NCBI GenBank assembly: GCA_000002445.1
Contig: CM000207.1
Location: forward strand, 384,001 to 448,000
Reading direction: 5' to 3'
Source of the DNA: Trypanosoma brucei
Lineage: Eukaryota
DNA: 64,000 nucleotides
Both the position numbers and the translations under genes were made by a program. Shown piece by piece: positions 1-13,300 of this stretch. The first letter of the stretch is position 1. Each line of letters begins with the position of its first letter. The notes beneath the pieces were generated by a model that was given only the letters and a program-made list of their open reading frames with translations, was not told the DNA's origin and did not search any database.

Positions 1-124
1 ACGACTTAAGGGCATCAAATAGTATTTTGTACTTACCAGACCGAATCATGTCGTCAATCAGAAGTGTGACTTTCTTGGCTGCACTAATGGGACCACAACC
101 CCTGTCCGCGGGCTCAGCCGCCAT
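1..124 (-). CDS. N-terminal fragment of an unidentified protein; the ORF runs off the left edge of the window
   Basis: The reverse complement of 1-124 translates as MAAEPADRGCGPISAAKKVTLLIDDMIRSGKYKILFDALKS with ATG at 122-124. The frame stays open upstream to a second ATG at 374-376 (stop at 404-406), so the true start is ambiguous. The position fits the next gene downstream in the minus-strand polycistron. Confidence 0.3.
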   Translation of the reverse strand, partial: MAAEPADRGCGPISAAKKVTLLIDDMIRSGKYKILFDALKS

Positions 125-830
125 GACTACACGTAATTGTGGCCTTCCTTTAGCGACGGAGTGACTTGTCGATATTGATCCGGTCCCAACTAAAGCGGAA
201 ACGCAGGAAACGGTAACAGAAACGAAAAAGAGGATGGATAGTCCGAAGAACGGAGTCCACGCAGAGTAGCGGATGTGAACATTGCAACTGGGGGTGACCG
301 GAAAACAATAACCGGTAGCTGACAGATGCCACAAATCACAAATAGCCGCAGGCCTTGGGGTAGGAAAAGGCCTCATATCAATAAAACAATGAAAGAATAA
401 TAATTAAGCAAACGAAAAATAGACCCTCCCCAAGACCGTTTCGCAGTGACAGCTACATTGAAAAAAAAAATGGAGGTCACATCTAAGCGGAATCGCTGAT
501 ATACGCACTCTATTGAACGTGAAAAACGGGGAAGAGCGATCGTGGTTCTTGCCCCTCCATCACAACATTTTGCAGCTAAAGAAGAAAAAAAGACATTCTA
601 AATATATGGTAACTAAAAATTCTATCACTTTCACACCCATGATGATGTTTTCCCGGTTACAAACGGAGCGGAGAACAGCATGGTGCGGTTCAACGGAGAA
701 GTGACTGCTGAAAAAAGCGCTCGTGAGTAAACGCAAGACCGAGAAACCAGCATCGAGTGCTGCACCACACATCTGAAAGAATCAATTAAAGAAGGTGGTG
801 TTGACGATAATTACTTATGGTCATACTATG

Positions 831-3026
831 TTACGCATCCTCTCGAAGGCTAATAACTAAGGCATTCTCCGGTGCGGCATTGCTCGCGCGCCATTGTACA
901 TCAGCGGAGCAACGTGGGCACCGCGGAATCAGCTTTGAGGGGCGCACATCACCAATCACACTCGTCTTATACCTACAGTGCTCACACTGAATGAAGCGAC
1001 GTACTGTCTCCCGTGTCTCAACAATGTGTCCTAGCGATTTGCACCGTTCGTTGCGACGTAAATACCAGCGGTCACATTGCCGACAGTAATGTGCCTTTAA
1101 CTTCTGCTCTGTAACATCAGCCAGCGCCTCCAGTGCTTTGTCCTGCTGAAGTAGCCGCTCGGCCTGCCGTTCAAGTCGCTGACGCTCGTCTAAAGCACGC
1201 AGTTCGTCATTGACACTATGAAGTGACTCTGCAACTTTTCCCAGCAGAGACGCGGGGGGAGGTGCAGAACCACCAGTCTTGTTGGCGGTAGTTTCTCGCA
1301 GCCTCACTTCCTCTTGCCCTACAGAGGATCGTCCGGCAAATTTAGCCAATGAACCTTCAGCACGCAGTTGCCGCTCAACAACGTTAACAATAGCACTGCG
1401 TGTACCCTTTCCCCCCTGCGTGGTAACACCACTATTGTAGCTATTTCTCCCTGTCAAAATTGCGTCACCACGGCGACCTCCCCGCAGGGGAGCGAAGGCT
1501 GAACGGTCGTGAGGGGCGCTAAGTGGGGCAAACTTTTCGCGGACCTCCACCCACGGTGGTTGTTCACAGCCTTCACGTGGTCGTTTGGTCCCCCGCTGAC
1601 TCGGATGAAGGGCAAGGCGAAGAAGGCGATCGAAATTCTTTGCTTCCTCCGCAGCGGCGGCAGCCCCAAGCACAGCACGACCTTGGGTTCCTACGCCAAT
1701 CTGCGTAGGGATATAGCTAGAGGTCATACCTTTACCATCGCCGTTGCTTAGCAGACGCTTCGCGTTCTGGGCCACGTCGTTAACAGGAAGTACGTCGCCT
1801 GCGACAACACCCGCGTAGGCGTTTCCCGCAGCCATAACATCTGCTGATGCAGGAGTTGATGCGGGTAAGCCAGTGGATCCCCTCACCGTGAGAAAGCCGA
1901 GTTTTTGGCGCCGCAAAGCTTGTGACGACGTTTTGGAGGCGGTTATTTGGGCAGACTGGAGAGTCGCCAGATTTATGCACGTTAACGCCGGCGCACTCAA
2001 TCGAGCTGTCCCCAAGGGCTGTGACCGGAATTTGCCACTAACACCGGGGGCAGCACCGCGTGCCTCACGCTGAAGGTTGGCCATATGATGTGCACAATAA
2101 TTCGATAACGACTTATTGACGATATTTTTACAGAGCTCTCCAGACCGTTGCTGAGTACCCTGACATGTAGCAAGGTCTGATGCGAAGCCCAGTACACGTA
2201 CCTGGTCGCATGTGGTAACCTTTAAAATTCCGCAGTCGCCACTCGCGGTAGAGCCCCCACTTGTGGTGGCGTTGAAAGTTGTCTTTCCTACACTTTGATT
2301 TTCCATCCGCTGCATTCCTGACACCGCCAACACCAAACCGCTCAGAATCCTCGTGTAATGTGTATCAAATGCAGACCCGCCAAGAAGAATGGCCACCTCG
2401 CCAGCAGGGCTCACAAATGGTCCTTTCATATCCCACAAGTAGACAACACCGTATCCACGCCCGGTAGACGCTCGCTTTGGCTCCGTCTTATGGACCACCA
2501 CACCAACAACAGTACTGGGGGGCAATGAGTTTCCTCCAGCTGACTTAACAGATCGTCGAAGTCCTTCAAACGTGGTAAAGGGATGCTGCGCCAAAATGAC
2601 GGCCAATTGCTCGCAACTTCGCGTTGGTCGACTAACTTTAATATTGCTGTTGGGCTCCCGTACGATTCCTAACTGCGGCTTCCTAATTGGGGCATCATCC
2701 ACACCTCCTTTTGCAGTGGGAGTTGCCGTGACAACACTCATGAACGAAGCGGAGGGGTTGGTACTGCCTTCTGCCCCACTAAAAGTTTTATTTGCTGGAA
2801 AGACACTTGTGCCGAGGTCGTGCAGTGCAAGCCGAGATACAACGGGGTCTTCCATAGCAGCAGTCACTTGACTGAGACGACTAGCCTGTGAGTTTGGCGC
2901 CACGCCGATTGTGGAATCAACCGACCCACTCACATTTCCACTGGGGTCATGGAATACCGCAAAAAGATCCTCATCGCTTCGATCGTCACTGTCACTTGGA
3001 CTTCTCTTCCCCTCACTTCGTGCCAT
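831..3026 (-). CDS. hypothetical protein (~731 aa), low-complexity Ser/Ala/Gly-rich, with a C-terminal double CxxC zinc-ribbon-like motif
   Basis: Long minus-strand ORF. The track start at 3047 is TTG, and the first in-frame ATG is at 3024-3026 (MARSEGKR...). The C-terminus reads CRQCDRWY...CKSLGH...CEHCRYKT...CPRCSADVQW. No recognisable enzyme motifs. Confidence 0.55.
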   Translation of the reverse strand: MARSEGKRSPSDSDDRSDEDLFAVFHDPSGNVSGSVDSTIGVAPNSQASRLSQVTAAMEDPVVSRLALHDLGTSVFPANKTFSGAEGSTNPSASFMSVVTATPTAKGGVDDAPIRKPQLGIVREPNSNIKVSRPTRSCEQLAVILAQHPFTTFEGLRRSVKSAGGNSLPPSTVVGVVVHKTEPKRASTGRGYGVVYLWDMKGPFVSPAGEVAILLGGSAFDTHYTRILSGLVLAVSGMQRMENQSVGKTTFNATTSGGSTASGDCGILKVTTCDQVRVLGFASDLATCQGTQQRSGELCKNIVNKSLSNYCAHHMANLQREARGAAPGVSGKFRSQPLGTARLSAPALTCINLATLQSAQITASKTSSQALRRQKLGFLTVRGSTGLPASTPASADVMAAGNAYAGVVAGDVLPVNDVAQNAKRLLSNGDGKGMTSSYIPTQIGVGTQGRAVLGAAAAAEEAKNFDRLLRLALHPSQRGTKRPREGCEQPPWVEVREKFAPLSAPHDRSAFAPLRGGRRGDAILTGRNSYNSGVTTQGGKGTRSAIVNVVERQLRAEGSLAKFAGRSSVGQEEVRLRETTANKTGGSAPPPASLLGKVAESLHSVNDELRALDERQRLERQAERLLQQDKALEALADVTEQKLKAHYCRQCDRWYLRRNERCKSLGHIVETRETVRRFIQCEHCRYKTSVIGDVRPSKLIPRCPRCSADVQWRASNAAPENALVISLREDA

Positions 3027-4393
3027 TCCAAAGGGGATCGGGCCCAACTATCTTACCTTTAGCTTTGCTATCCTGGGTTCCTAACGATTCACTTCCTTCC
3101 CGACGAACTCGCCAACGTGAATGCGGCTTTTAAAACAACAAATTCTGGCACACGTGGAGCCCACTGAATAACAAAAAAAAACGCTGTGTTTGCGCACCGC
3201 ATGGACAAGGGAAAGGAAAGGGGATAAAAGCGTATGGAAATGTAAATGATTTGAATAAGCAGCAGCATGCAAGGAAACATGTTGAAAGGACTGTGCAGTG
3301 GACCGCAGGGTGGGGAAATGTGTGGTGCGGGCACCAAAACAAAATATTGATATCGGACGAGCAAACATCCTCACTCTGAAGTTGGTACATCTAAAAACTC
3401 GCCTCACATACACAAGAAAACATAAAAAAGGGGGGAAATTATAAACGGAGAAATAATAAGGGGAATAAAATACAGTCTTCTATTTCATTCCCGGAACATC
3501 TAGTTCTCACTTACAAACTCCCACACACCTCTCGCACGCAGTTTTTCACTCAGCCACGCACAAAATCATATAATTACATACATTCACGGACCAGTCTTTC
3601 CTCATACCAAAGACAAAGTGAGGACGGGCACAAGTGCATACAGGTTGCACTAATTTCCCCTCTATTTCCTTCTCACTGCATGTCAAAACTTCCCCACCAC
3701 AAATGTGACAGGCAGAAATATGGACTTGTAATCGGGAGTGCGTGTGCGCACAGATACACACACGCATGAACTCGTGCCTCCAAATCCCCCCCCCTCTTTT
3801 TTTCTCCAGCGAAGTACTCATATTTGACGAAACAAAAAAAGGGATAATTACCCGCCCCCGCAGAAAGGGAGGGGGAAAACATTATATACATACATGACAA
3901 AAGGCACACAAACTAGTGGAGCTGGAGGTAGTTTGCTTGATCAAAGGTGGAACACAAGGATGAACAAATGAGCTCTAGCGAAAAATTCACATACAAGCAC
4001 AAAAAGAGTCCATGCGCGAGCTCAACACCTTGATGAACAAGAGGACACTAAATCATACATTAACAAGTAGAAAAGAGAATGCGCTCGTACAGAGTCAAAG
4101 AAAAATTAAAACTGTGATGGTCCATAATATTTCTCAAGCTGCTCGTCTACCATCTTCCCATACCCTCAGTTTCTTCTTCACAGAGCTTGCCACTGTCTAA
4201 AGATGTTTGAAATTGCATTACATTCATGTGACAACAAAGCGGAGGGGAGAAACGAGAACGAACGAACATGAGCAACGAAAAAAAAAAAGCACGAGGTGGA
4301 AAAACATGTAGCACCGCTCACACCATCAATTTTACAGATCACAAGTTTACTTCAGCTGCTACACGGTACGAGAACGCCCAAATCAATCCATGA

Positions 4394-7300
4394 TCATCTC
4401 CTGCTCAAACCAACTCTAGCCGTTTTTTGTGCCCTCCCTGCAGCAGCTCTTCCTGACAAGGGCGCATTTATTGGCAATGAGGGCACTTTTACTCCACCAG
4501 GGGCGGGACTGCTGCCAGAGGACGAAGCTGCATGACGCATAGCGTCCCTCATATCGCCTTTCCCTCGTTTGCCTTTGGACGGCGGTTGTGGGATCATTAC
4601 GTGGTGAGCGCTAGAAATCTCAGGTAGCGTAATAACCTTTGCCGTTGGTGAGTGTTCGCCGGCGGCGAACTCCTGCGAGGGATCCACAATTTGGGGGAGT
4701 GTGATAGCAACATCCTTCTCACTTCTCGTGGTGGCATTGACGATGGGATTGTTGTAGCTGATACCGTCTTTGCATTCGGTAACCACCTGGATGGTGTAGC
4801 TCGTTGACGGTTCAAGCCCTTCAAGTGTAAACGTCGAGTCAGAGACTGTGCTTGCAAGAATGGGTGTGCAGTTACGCACCCCAATGTAAACACGATAGTT
4901 AATAACCCGATTGCCAGACCGGTTGCTACTGGTCTCTGATCGCGATGGTGTCCACATCAGCGTGACGCTGTTGTCCGTGGTCCCCACCACCGTGAGATCG
5001 GTAACTGGCTCTGGCGCAGTACCACTTGTCACTCCAACGGGTTCACAATACTCGCTGAAAGGACTACCCTCATCAACAAGCGAACACTTCACCCGACAAC
5101 GCACCTTCGCGGCGGGTCCCGTAAATCGCACACGGCAGTTAGTTTCTTCAACAATATCGATAACGCGCCATTCCACCGATCCCTTTGGTTTCCCACGGGA
5201 GTCCGTTGGAGAATGTGACTGCTCAACAACATACCTGTACGCATGATAACAGTCTGGAGCCTCCCACTGTAGCAAACCTGTTTGAGCGTTCTGCCGCCGT
5301 AGAGTTACAGATTGAGGTGGGAATGGTGCCGTTGTCAAGTTGACCTCAACCCAAGCCCCCCAAGAGTTATGCTCATCCATCGCTCGGACTTTGACAGTGT
5401 AGGAGGTGCAGCCGGTGAGGCCATCAATCGTGATGTTCTTCATTGGACCCTCCTCTCCTTCCACATCAAACTCAAGCTGTCGGAAATAAGGCTTTGCCTG
5501 TGAGGCACACAGAACAATGCGGCGCCAATCTGGTAGAAAGTCGTCCCCGCCTTCCTCCGTGGGACCGGCCCCGACGGTACAAGCAGCGCCAACGTCAACG
5601 GCATTTGCACCATCTACTTCCCCTTCCACTGCCGCCGCAGCGCCACTGGCCGCAGGCAACTGCGTATCAGCGGGCTCAACCTCAAGAGGGGCTGCAGCAC
5701 GTGGCAGCGCTTCCGCAGCCTCCCCAGCTGAAACAGTATAAACTGTAGCAGCAGCGTCATTGTTCACGGCAGTAGCGTTAACCTCATCCCCATCGTCATC
5801 CTTATCTTTAGAAGGAATTTCGTCTGTCTTGCGTACTTCAACCTGATATTTCTTTACAATTTGAACAACTGCCTTCCGCTCCATGCTTCCCTCCTCACCA
5901 ACCTCTCCATCCACAATCCTGGCACCCCCGAGCAGTGGATCCCCATGCGCCGGTGGCGATGCTATTCCAGTAGGACTGCCACTGCTTTGTGCGTCAGGAG
6001 GTGAAACAAGCCTAGGGAGCAGGCTTCGTTCCGAAACGGGTGACGGAGACTGCTTTGCTGCCGCTCCTTTGCCCGACTTGCCCCGCTTTGACCCTCCACT
6101 CCCCTTGCTCCCCTTGGGACTTCGAGTACCTTTCCTGCCCCTCGAACCGGTCCTACCCTTTCCGGTGGAGGTTCTACCAGCTGCAGAGCCAGTCGCGTCC
6201 GGTGAAGCTTCGGGGGGTGGGGGTGGCTCCATTCGGTTGAGGGTGAACTCTGCGGAGTCGCATGTAACACCGTTGAGGGCAACACAAATGGGACACAGTG
6301 TCTTGAAACCAACCGTGGGGGTCCATTGGCCCCAACTTAATTCATCATACCGAGGTTGAAGTGCCATAAGATAATCCAAACCAGGAGAAAGGCCCTCCAG
6401 TAAATAGGTCGGAAGTAGAAACTCATCATCCGTCACGCCACAGTCACTTGGATTAATTACATGTTCCACAGTTTCATTACCACCCTTTAAGACAAGCTGG
6501 TATTCGCAGGGATCCAGCCGAGGTTGGGAGTTGCATTTTTCTTCGGAGCGATCACCTTCGCCACGGTCCCACTTCATACGCACATAGATTTCTCCTACAT
6601 TCACCACATCTAATCGCAACACACGCTGCGTGCGGAATAACCCTTCCTTGCTCCACAGACCCCAGCGCGAGTCCGTATTACATGAGCGTACAACGACAAC
6701 GTAGGCCGCATCAGCCTCCAGGGAGCAGATACGGTAGCGGTTCACATCCTTCGGGAACTGCTTATCAACGATAGCGAGGGCTGGAGAGTGTTGCGAAGCG
6801 AACACACACAAATGGTATGCAATTACCTCTGGTGTCCCAAGAACAACGGGAACTGCAGCAACGGCATTGTTTGTAGTACTAGGAAGGCTCTCTGGTTCGT
6901 CAGCAGAAGCCGGGGTCTCGCCGCAACACCCCACAATATCCGCGTATTCTTGCACAGTTTGTTCGTCACGGAACCACTCCACCGTGGCAAACTGTTCACC
7001 AGGGGAGGAGACAATAAGCTGCATCGGCTTTAGAGTCGCAAAGAACGTTCGATCACTCCAGGGGCTCCACGACTCCCGTCGAGAATCCAAGGAACGCACG
7101 GACACCGAGTAGACAGTGGCGGCTTCAAGCAACTTAGCCCGGTAGCTGTTTCGCGCGCCCTTGAACTGCTTGCTAATGTGGTAACTGTGCTCAAGACCGA
7201 TAACGTCCACCTGAAACGTTGAAAGGAAATCATCATTGCCGCAGAGCGCCTCCGATCCGTCTGGAAGTAGCAGAGATCGACGGGGTCTTTGCCAGGAAAA

Positions 7301-10300
7301 CTCGGCGTAATTTTCACCAATAGAACTCATTTCGACGGCAAACTTTGGTAAGGTCATAACATGGACGATTCGGCTCCACCGCCCCCATACATTGTCCACG
7401 CAGCAGCGCACATGAATTCGATATAGCGAATCGTGACGCAGATTGCGTGCAACATAAGTGGTTTCGCTTCCTGAGAGTGGTTTGTCAATTAGCAAAGACC
7501 CTTCATTTGCAGCAGCATTGGGGCCCACCTCATAAACACGAAGCTGGTAGCTATCCACGGGCTTGGGGGGAAACGGATTTCGCACTGGTAGTGGTTGGGC
7601 CCGCGGGTCACGCTCCCAATGGACAGCAAAGAAGTCCTCAGCGCCGTCATCCATGAAACACACCATGTCACGCAGAGTTACGTCATATAGACCATCACTC
7701 CACGCACCTGGCTCCGCTCTACTTTGGTTGAGAGCCTCCACTATGCCTTCATCCTCAGCCTGTGGGAGTTCGGGATGTATGGTATCAACAACAAACTCTT
7801 CGTGCGGCTTATACCAACGTCGCACACTCACACGGTATCGGTGATGAGATAGCAACTCCTTTACTGTGCTGTTACGAACATTTGATGGAATTATCATCGT
7901 GCGGCGTAACCGGGGGGGAAGCTCCTCTGCATCCTCCTCGCCATATGACACATCAGTGAAGTCGTGAACAGCTAGCTCATAGCAAATCAACTCTTCTACA
8001 TCCGAAGGTTGCAGGTCGCTCGTGGCAAATGAGTTCGGAAGTCGTTGCCACGACGCCGTTAGGTAGTCTTCACCAAGGCCAATCAACTCCACACTCAACA
8101 GATTGAGTGTTCCACAGGTAACGTGGGTGCTACTGAGGCCAAACTCACCGCTTCCGTAGCACGCACGGACGGCCAAAGAGTACCGTTTGTCTGGTTTTAG
8201 CGACGACACTGTGAATGTCGTCTTCTCACCTGGCACGTTGAATGTGACACCCTCATCCTCACCTTCTTGCACGAAAGTGATGGCATAGTATGCAACACGA
8301 GTCTTTGCGCTGTTGTACATCGCGGACCTTACTTCTGGTTGGTCCAGAAGGGGGTATCTCTTTTGGCACAATCCGGGTTTCAGTTTGTCAGGTGACATGG
8401 CCCTAAAGGAGGAGCGACGCCCATCTTCTCTTTCCAGAGTTGTTTGAGACTCCGCAGCGAAACCAGAACTTTCGGAGAAATCTCCGGTCTGGCCCCCAAC
8501 ACTTCTGCTGCTTTCCCCCACGGTGATGGGTGTGTTATCGTCGCTGTCACGCCCACTGCTTCCCCCGTTGGACGTTTCCTCACCTTCGTCACTTAGCGTA
8601 CCGTTAGTATCTGTGGATGTGCGCACCATTACTTGCAGTTCATCGGGTTCCTTGCGCCTCCAATGAAGGCGCACATAGTCCTCACCAATAGCCAATACTT
8701 CCGCGCTTATAAGCTTCATGGTGTACACGCAACGTTCCTCCGACCAGAAGCCCCATTCACCAAGGTTGTTCGACGCGCATATTTTAAAAGTATACGGCCT
8801 GTTCGGGGTGAGAGAATCGAGGCGGTACTCCTGAAGATCACCAGCAAACCGCTTTTCGCACAACAACTTGCGGCTGGCTTCATCACAGCGATAGATGCGT
8901 AGAAGGTAGCCGGAGCAATCGCGACACCCGACGCAGATCGTTGGATCAAACCTCCCCTCATATTCGGTACCCTCATCACCTTTTGGTTGTTGCTCCTCAC
9001 GACCCCACTCCAACATGACAGAGTGCTCTGTGATTTGTGTGGGGTAAACCTCTAGGCGCTTAAGTGTCACAAAACGAAGCGGTTCCGACCACATACTTGA
9101 TGCTTCACATTCGTCAATGGAAAGCACCCTGACGGTATAAACTGTGTCCAGGTTCAGGCTTTTCAAACGGTAGTAGGTGTTGGTGGCTCCCGTTAGTACA
9201 ACATTTAACTGCAAGCCATCACGCCCAAGTACATCAATCATGTATGCTGATGCAACGTAACTCCCGGTGAACACTTCAGCCATATCCATTCTCGGATGCT
9301 GCCTGGGGGGAACGCGTTTCCATTCAATTTCGGCGTACTGTTCGTCGATGTGCTTCACATTGACCCGGATCTTCGACATCGTGAGGAAGTGTTGTTCAGC
9401 GCTCCACGCGCCCAACTGGCCTCCCGTGGTCACGCTCATAACTTGGACACTGTAGAAACGATCTTGCTTCAGATTTTCCACTCGGAAAGAGAATGTGTCT
9501 TTGTTGAACCGTCTAGTTAGGTGCAGCCGACCACTCCCATCACTTTCGTACTCAACCGGATGCTCCTGCGGGGGCAGAGGGCCCTGTGTCTGCTGCGTAG
9601 TGGTTAAAACTCCCACAATTTCATCTGCTAGCGTCTTTGGCGCTAGTTCTTCTTCGCTTACCGCGGGTTCCTCACAGCTCTCCCCATCAACGCCATTATC
9701 TTGTAACTCCAACACCCGCACGTAAAACATTTCATTATCCACGCCATGTTGCAGAACATTCATATCATTGTCGTAGTCTACTCTTCGATCTCGTCGCCTC
9801 CAGGTTATCTGGGCCCAATCTTCACCGAGTTTCTCCACAGTTGCAGACATACCAGGCATTGTAACGCATGTTTTTGGAGCACACCAAAGCCCCCAAGCTT
9901 CCTCAGCACCCCACTCACGCACTTCAAACGTGTACTTTGTGTCCACCTGCAGCTTGTCAACACGGAAGACACAGCACGAGCGCATGGTGCGGTACTCCTC
10001 GCAGATCTTCCCCTCATCATCTTCATTCTCACTCTCCCATGTAATACGCAGTTGACAAACACATCCTTCATGAGAAGACGCATCACTTCTCAGTGTGTTA
10101 GCTTCATCTATAGGTGGCAGACGCTTATTTGGAGCTCGGTGCCACTCGATGTCCACAAAGGTTTCAGATATGCACGTGATGGACAACTGGATGAGGCTCT
10201 GCGTCATGAACTTCAACGGCGGCGTCCATGGACCCCAACCTACACCGTAATCGCAACACAGAAGTGCCGTGTACATAGTATTCCATACCAGTTGCTTCAC

Positions 10301-13300
10301 CGTGAAGGCACAGATGATGGGTTCGTTAGTATCTCCGTTACTTTTGCCTTGAATGTAATGATCTTCAAAGGTGCCATTCTGATGAATGATACGCAACTGA
10401 TAACCCCTAATCGGTGTGTGCTCGTGCACAACTACTTCACCACGACCGCTAGCAAGCCAGTTCCTCTTCGCCTTGACGCTTTCCTTAAGGTCACGAAAGG
10501 TGGCAATCCTAGTGTATAGTTCTTGCTGCTCTTCACTCGAAAGCTCCTGTTCCTTTGCCTTAATGTCCTTGGGGCACATACTAGAAAACTCCTTGTTAAG
10601 CTCGAACAACTGCCTCTCGTCTGCTTCAATTTTCGCCGACACAGCTGGTGGTAAGCGATGCCAATAAAGACTGATAAAATGCTCACCAAACCGTTCATGC
10701 AGAAGTTCGATTGGCCTCAACGTTACGAACCGGTTGCGCTCACTCCATGGGCACCAGTCCCCCACGGCGTTCCGCGTCCGCACCTCCATCTCGAAAGGTG
10801 AATCGGGCGTGAGACCCTTCACGGTAATGGAGAGCACTTCGGGGCGTAACTGCACGTCAAAGAGGACAGAGTCTTCCCTTGGTAGACCCAAATCCATGTT
10901 TGCAACTGCTGGAGTTGACGGCTCCCCACCGTCCGAGGACGTCGCCAACTGGGCGCCACCAGGAGCCGACATGTCCACATGGGCGCACTCCATATGGCAT
11001 GCACTGGTAGCTCCTGACATCAGCTTGCGTTGCTGCCGCTTCATTTTGGTCAATAATCTCATAGATTCCGCTCGGCGCTTTCGCCCAACCATCTTTTGAG
11101 AGGGAGAATGAAGTAATAAATGATGAACTCCCTGAATGGTTGGCATAACTCCTTCACCATAAAATCGCAGGTGGTATCCTGTTACCTCTGGGTCGCCCAA
11201 AACAATGTTTTCAACACGGAGGTGATGTATTGCGTCATTGCGGACCGCTGCGTTGTGCTCGTGCCGTAACTCAAGGTGGTCTTTCAAATTATTCCGCTCC
11301 TCTGACTCCTCCAGTTCCTGTAACCGTCGTTTCATGTCGAAAAGTTCGTGTCGCTCACGCTCATCACAGCGTCGCTCCTCTGCGGTACGGCGCTCTTCAA
11401 GGAATGCTTCGTATTTTCTGACATCCTGCGGTATCCGGAACCAGCGGATAATCGCCATCGTCTCGGTGTGGTGCGATACTTCGGTAACCATGGAGGTGAG
11501 AGTTAGCACAGATTCACGGTGAGAAAGCATCGACCAGTGTCTCTTTTCACTCAATGAACGCACGCACACAGAATAAATCTGGTCGGGTTGGAGACCGGTG
11601 ATACGAACAGACATTTGGTACTTGGATAACGTAAGGCACTGTTGCACATCGCACGTAATGCCCTCAAGATAAAGCTCGTAACGCTCGATGGAGTAGTCCC
11701 CAATTTGCACTGCGTCCCAATCGTTGCCGTCATCCTCACCGTCCTCGACCTGTAATTTGCCTTCCACTCCATTGTCACTGGGAAGCACGGACGCCGGCTC
11801 AGGCTCGGCGTCGGACCCCGCATCCAGACCACTGAGGATATCAGTTTCTGTAAACATGCCGCAAAGCTGGGGCAAGTCCCCCAAGTCATCAGGTTTGTTG
11901 AGATCAGGCCGAGCACAAGCCCAATCGGGTAGCGGTCGACTCCAACTCACCAGAATAACATCTTCATACACGGAGTGTACCTTCACCTTCAGTCGACCCT
12001 GCGACACAAACTTCGTTACCTCGCTCCACGGACCCCAGTACCCCTCTGCCTTGGCACGCATGCTCACCGCGTATATGGTGTTACTCACAAGGTTTCCTAA
12101 ATGATACGAGGTTGCAGTGGGCTCAAGAGAGAGAACAGTATCCAGCGAAAGGGGGCCCTCGTACTTCTTTTTTGCCTTAGCATCCAACCGAGTGGCACGA
12201 AGCTCATACGCAGTCACTTTCACCACACCACGAATAATACCCGTTTCTGGGGTTGTGTCAAGCTTCCGGGGAACGCGTCGCCACCCCACCAAGCAGTAGT
12301 CCTCACCAATTTCGATTGGTACAACACCCATCGGATGAACCATTTCCACGACAGCCGTTTGGGAAAAAGTTCCCCATGAATCGGGCACGAACTTCCCTCT
12401 GAAATCAATCCGTTGCTCGCATACAACAACACGGTAATGCGCACCTGGGGTTAAATTACAGAGTCGCAGTGATCGCTGGGAGGTTTCGTATAGTCGGGCA
12501 CCGTTTACAAGAGGTTCATCACGCTCATCGAACGGCTCTTCCGCTGCCAGAGGTTCGATGTGCACCTGGTAATTGTGGATGTCCGCTTCCTCGGGGTAGC
12601 AACAGAAGCAGTGGCTCACTGCTCTTGTCATGGGTGGACGAGTCCATGAAACGTTTATGAAAGTTTCGGTTATGCTGTCAGTACTTAACTTTAGGAGCGG
12701 ACACGTTACCAATATCCGTGGCTTGCTCCAGTGACCCCATGTGTTGTTTTTATCCTGCGCCCGTACGGTAAGGGTGTACTCGGCATCCGCCTGAAGATTT
12801 GTAACTAGTCGACCCATTTCGGCCGCCGGAGCATAAAACTCTACAATATCATCTGCACCAGGTAGGCCACCGGAGAGGCGACGGCACTCCATCTGGACAT
12901 GCCACTGCAGGATATCAGGGCATCCACGCATCACCGTCTCATCAAAAATGTAATCATCGTCCCCGTCACCACCTTCACCACTCGCTAACTCAGAGGATGC
13001 AGTGCAACCATAAACATGTCGGGCACCACGACTAATAATCGAAACACAGCTGCTAGCCCTCCGCTTTATTTGTTCAACATCAGACCCGCCCACATCTCCT
13101 TCTGCCGCCAACGCAGCTTCAGACGCGGCGCTATAGCTTCCGGTGTCACTGCTCCCCTCACCGTCTGTGAAGCCGGAAGTGCGCCGTCCGCTGCGTCGGT
13201 CCACAAGGTCGCTGCGCCGCTCTGCCAGATCGCTGCGGCGGCCCCATTCCAACTGACAAAATGTTTCACCGACAAGCAGCACGTTTGCTTCAACTGATTC

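Noticed and set aside
643-711. Plus-strand TGATGA ... about 65 nt ... CTGA arrangement resembling C and D boxes of a C/D snoRNA.
   Set aside because: It lies on the plus strand, antisense to the polycistronic transcription direction here. No guide-like complementarity or D'/C' boxes are evident, and chance occurrence of these short motifs is high.
9746-10519. 257-aa plus-strand ORF, and many other 60-170-aa plus-strand and minus-strand ORFs nested inside the giant genes (4394-17833 and 19012-27945).
   Set aside because: They are antisense to or frame-shifted within clearly coding long ORFs, have low-complexity composition, and carry no motifs. They are typical spurious ORFs in GC-balanced coding DNA.
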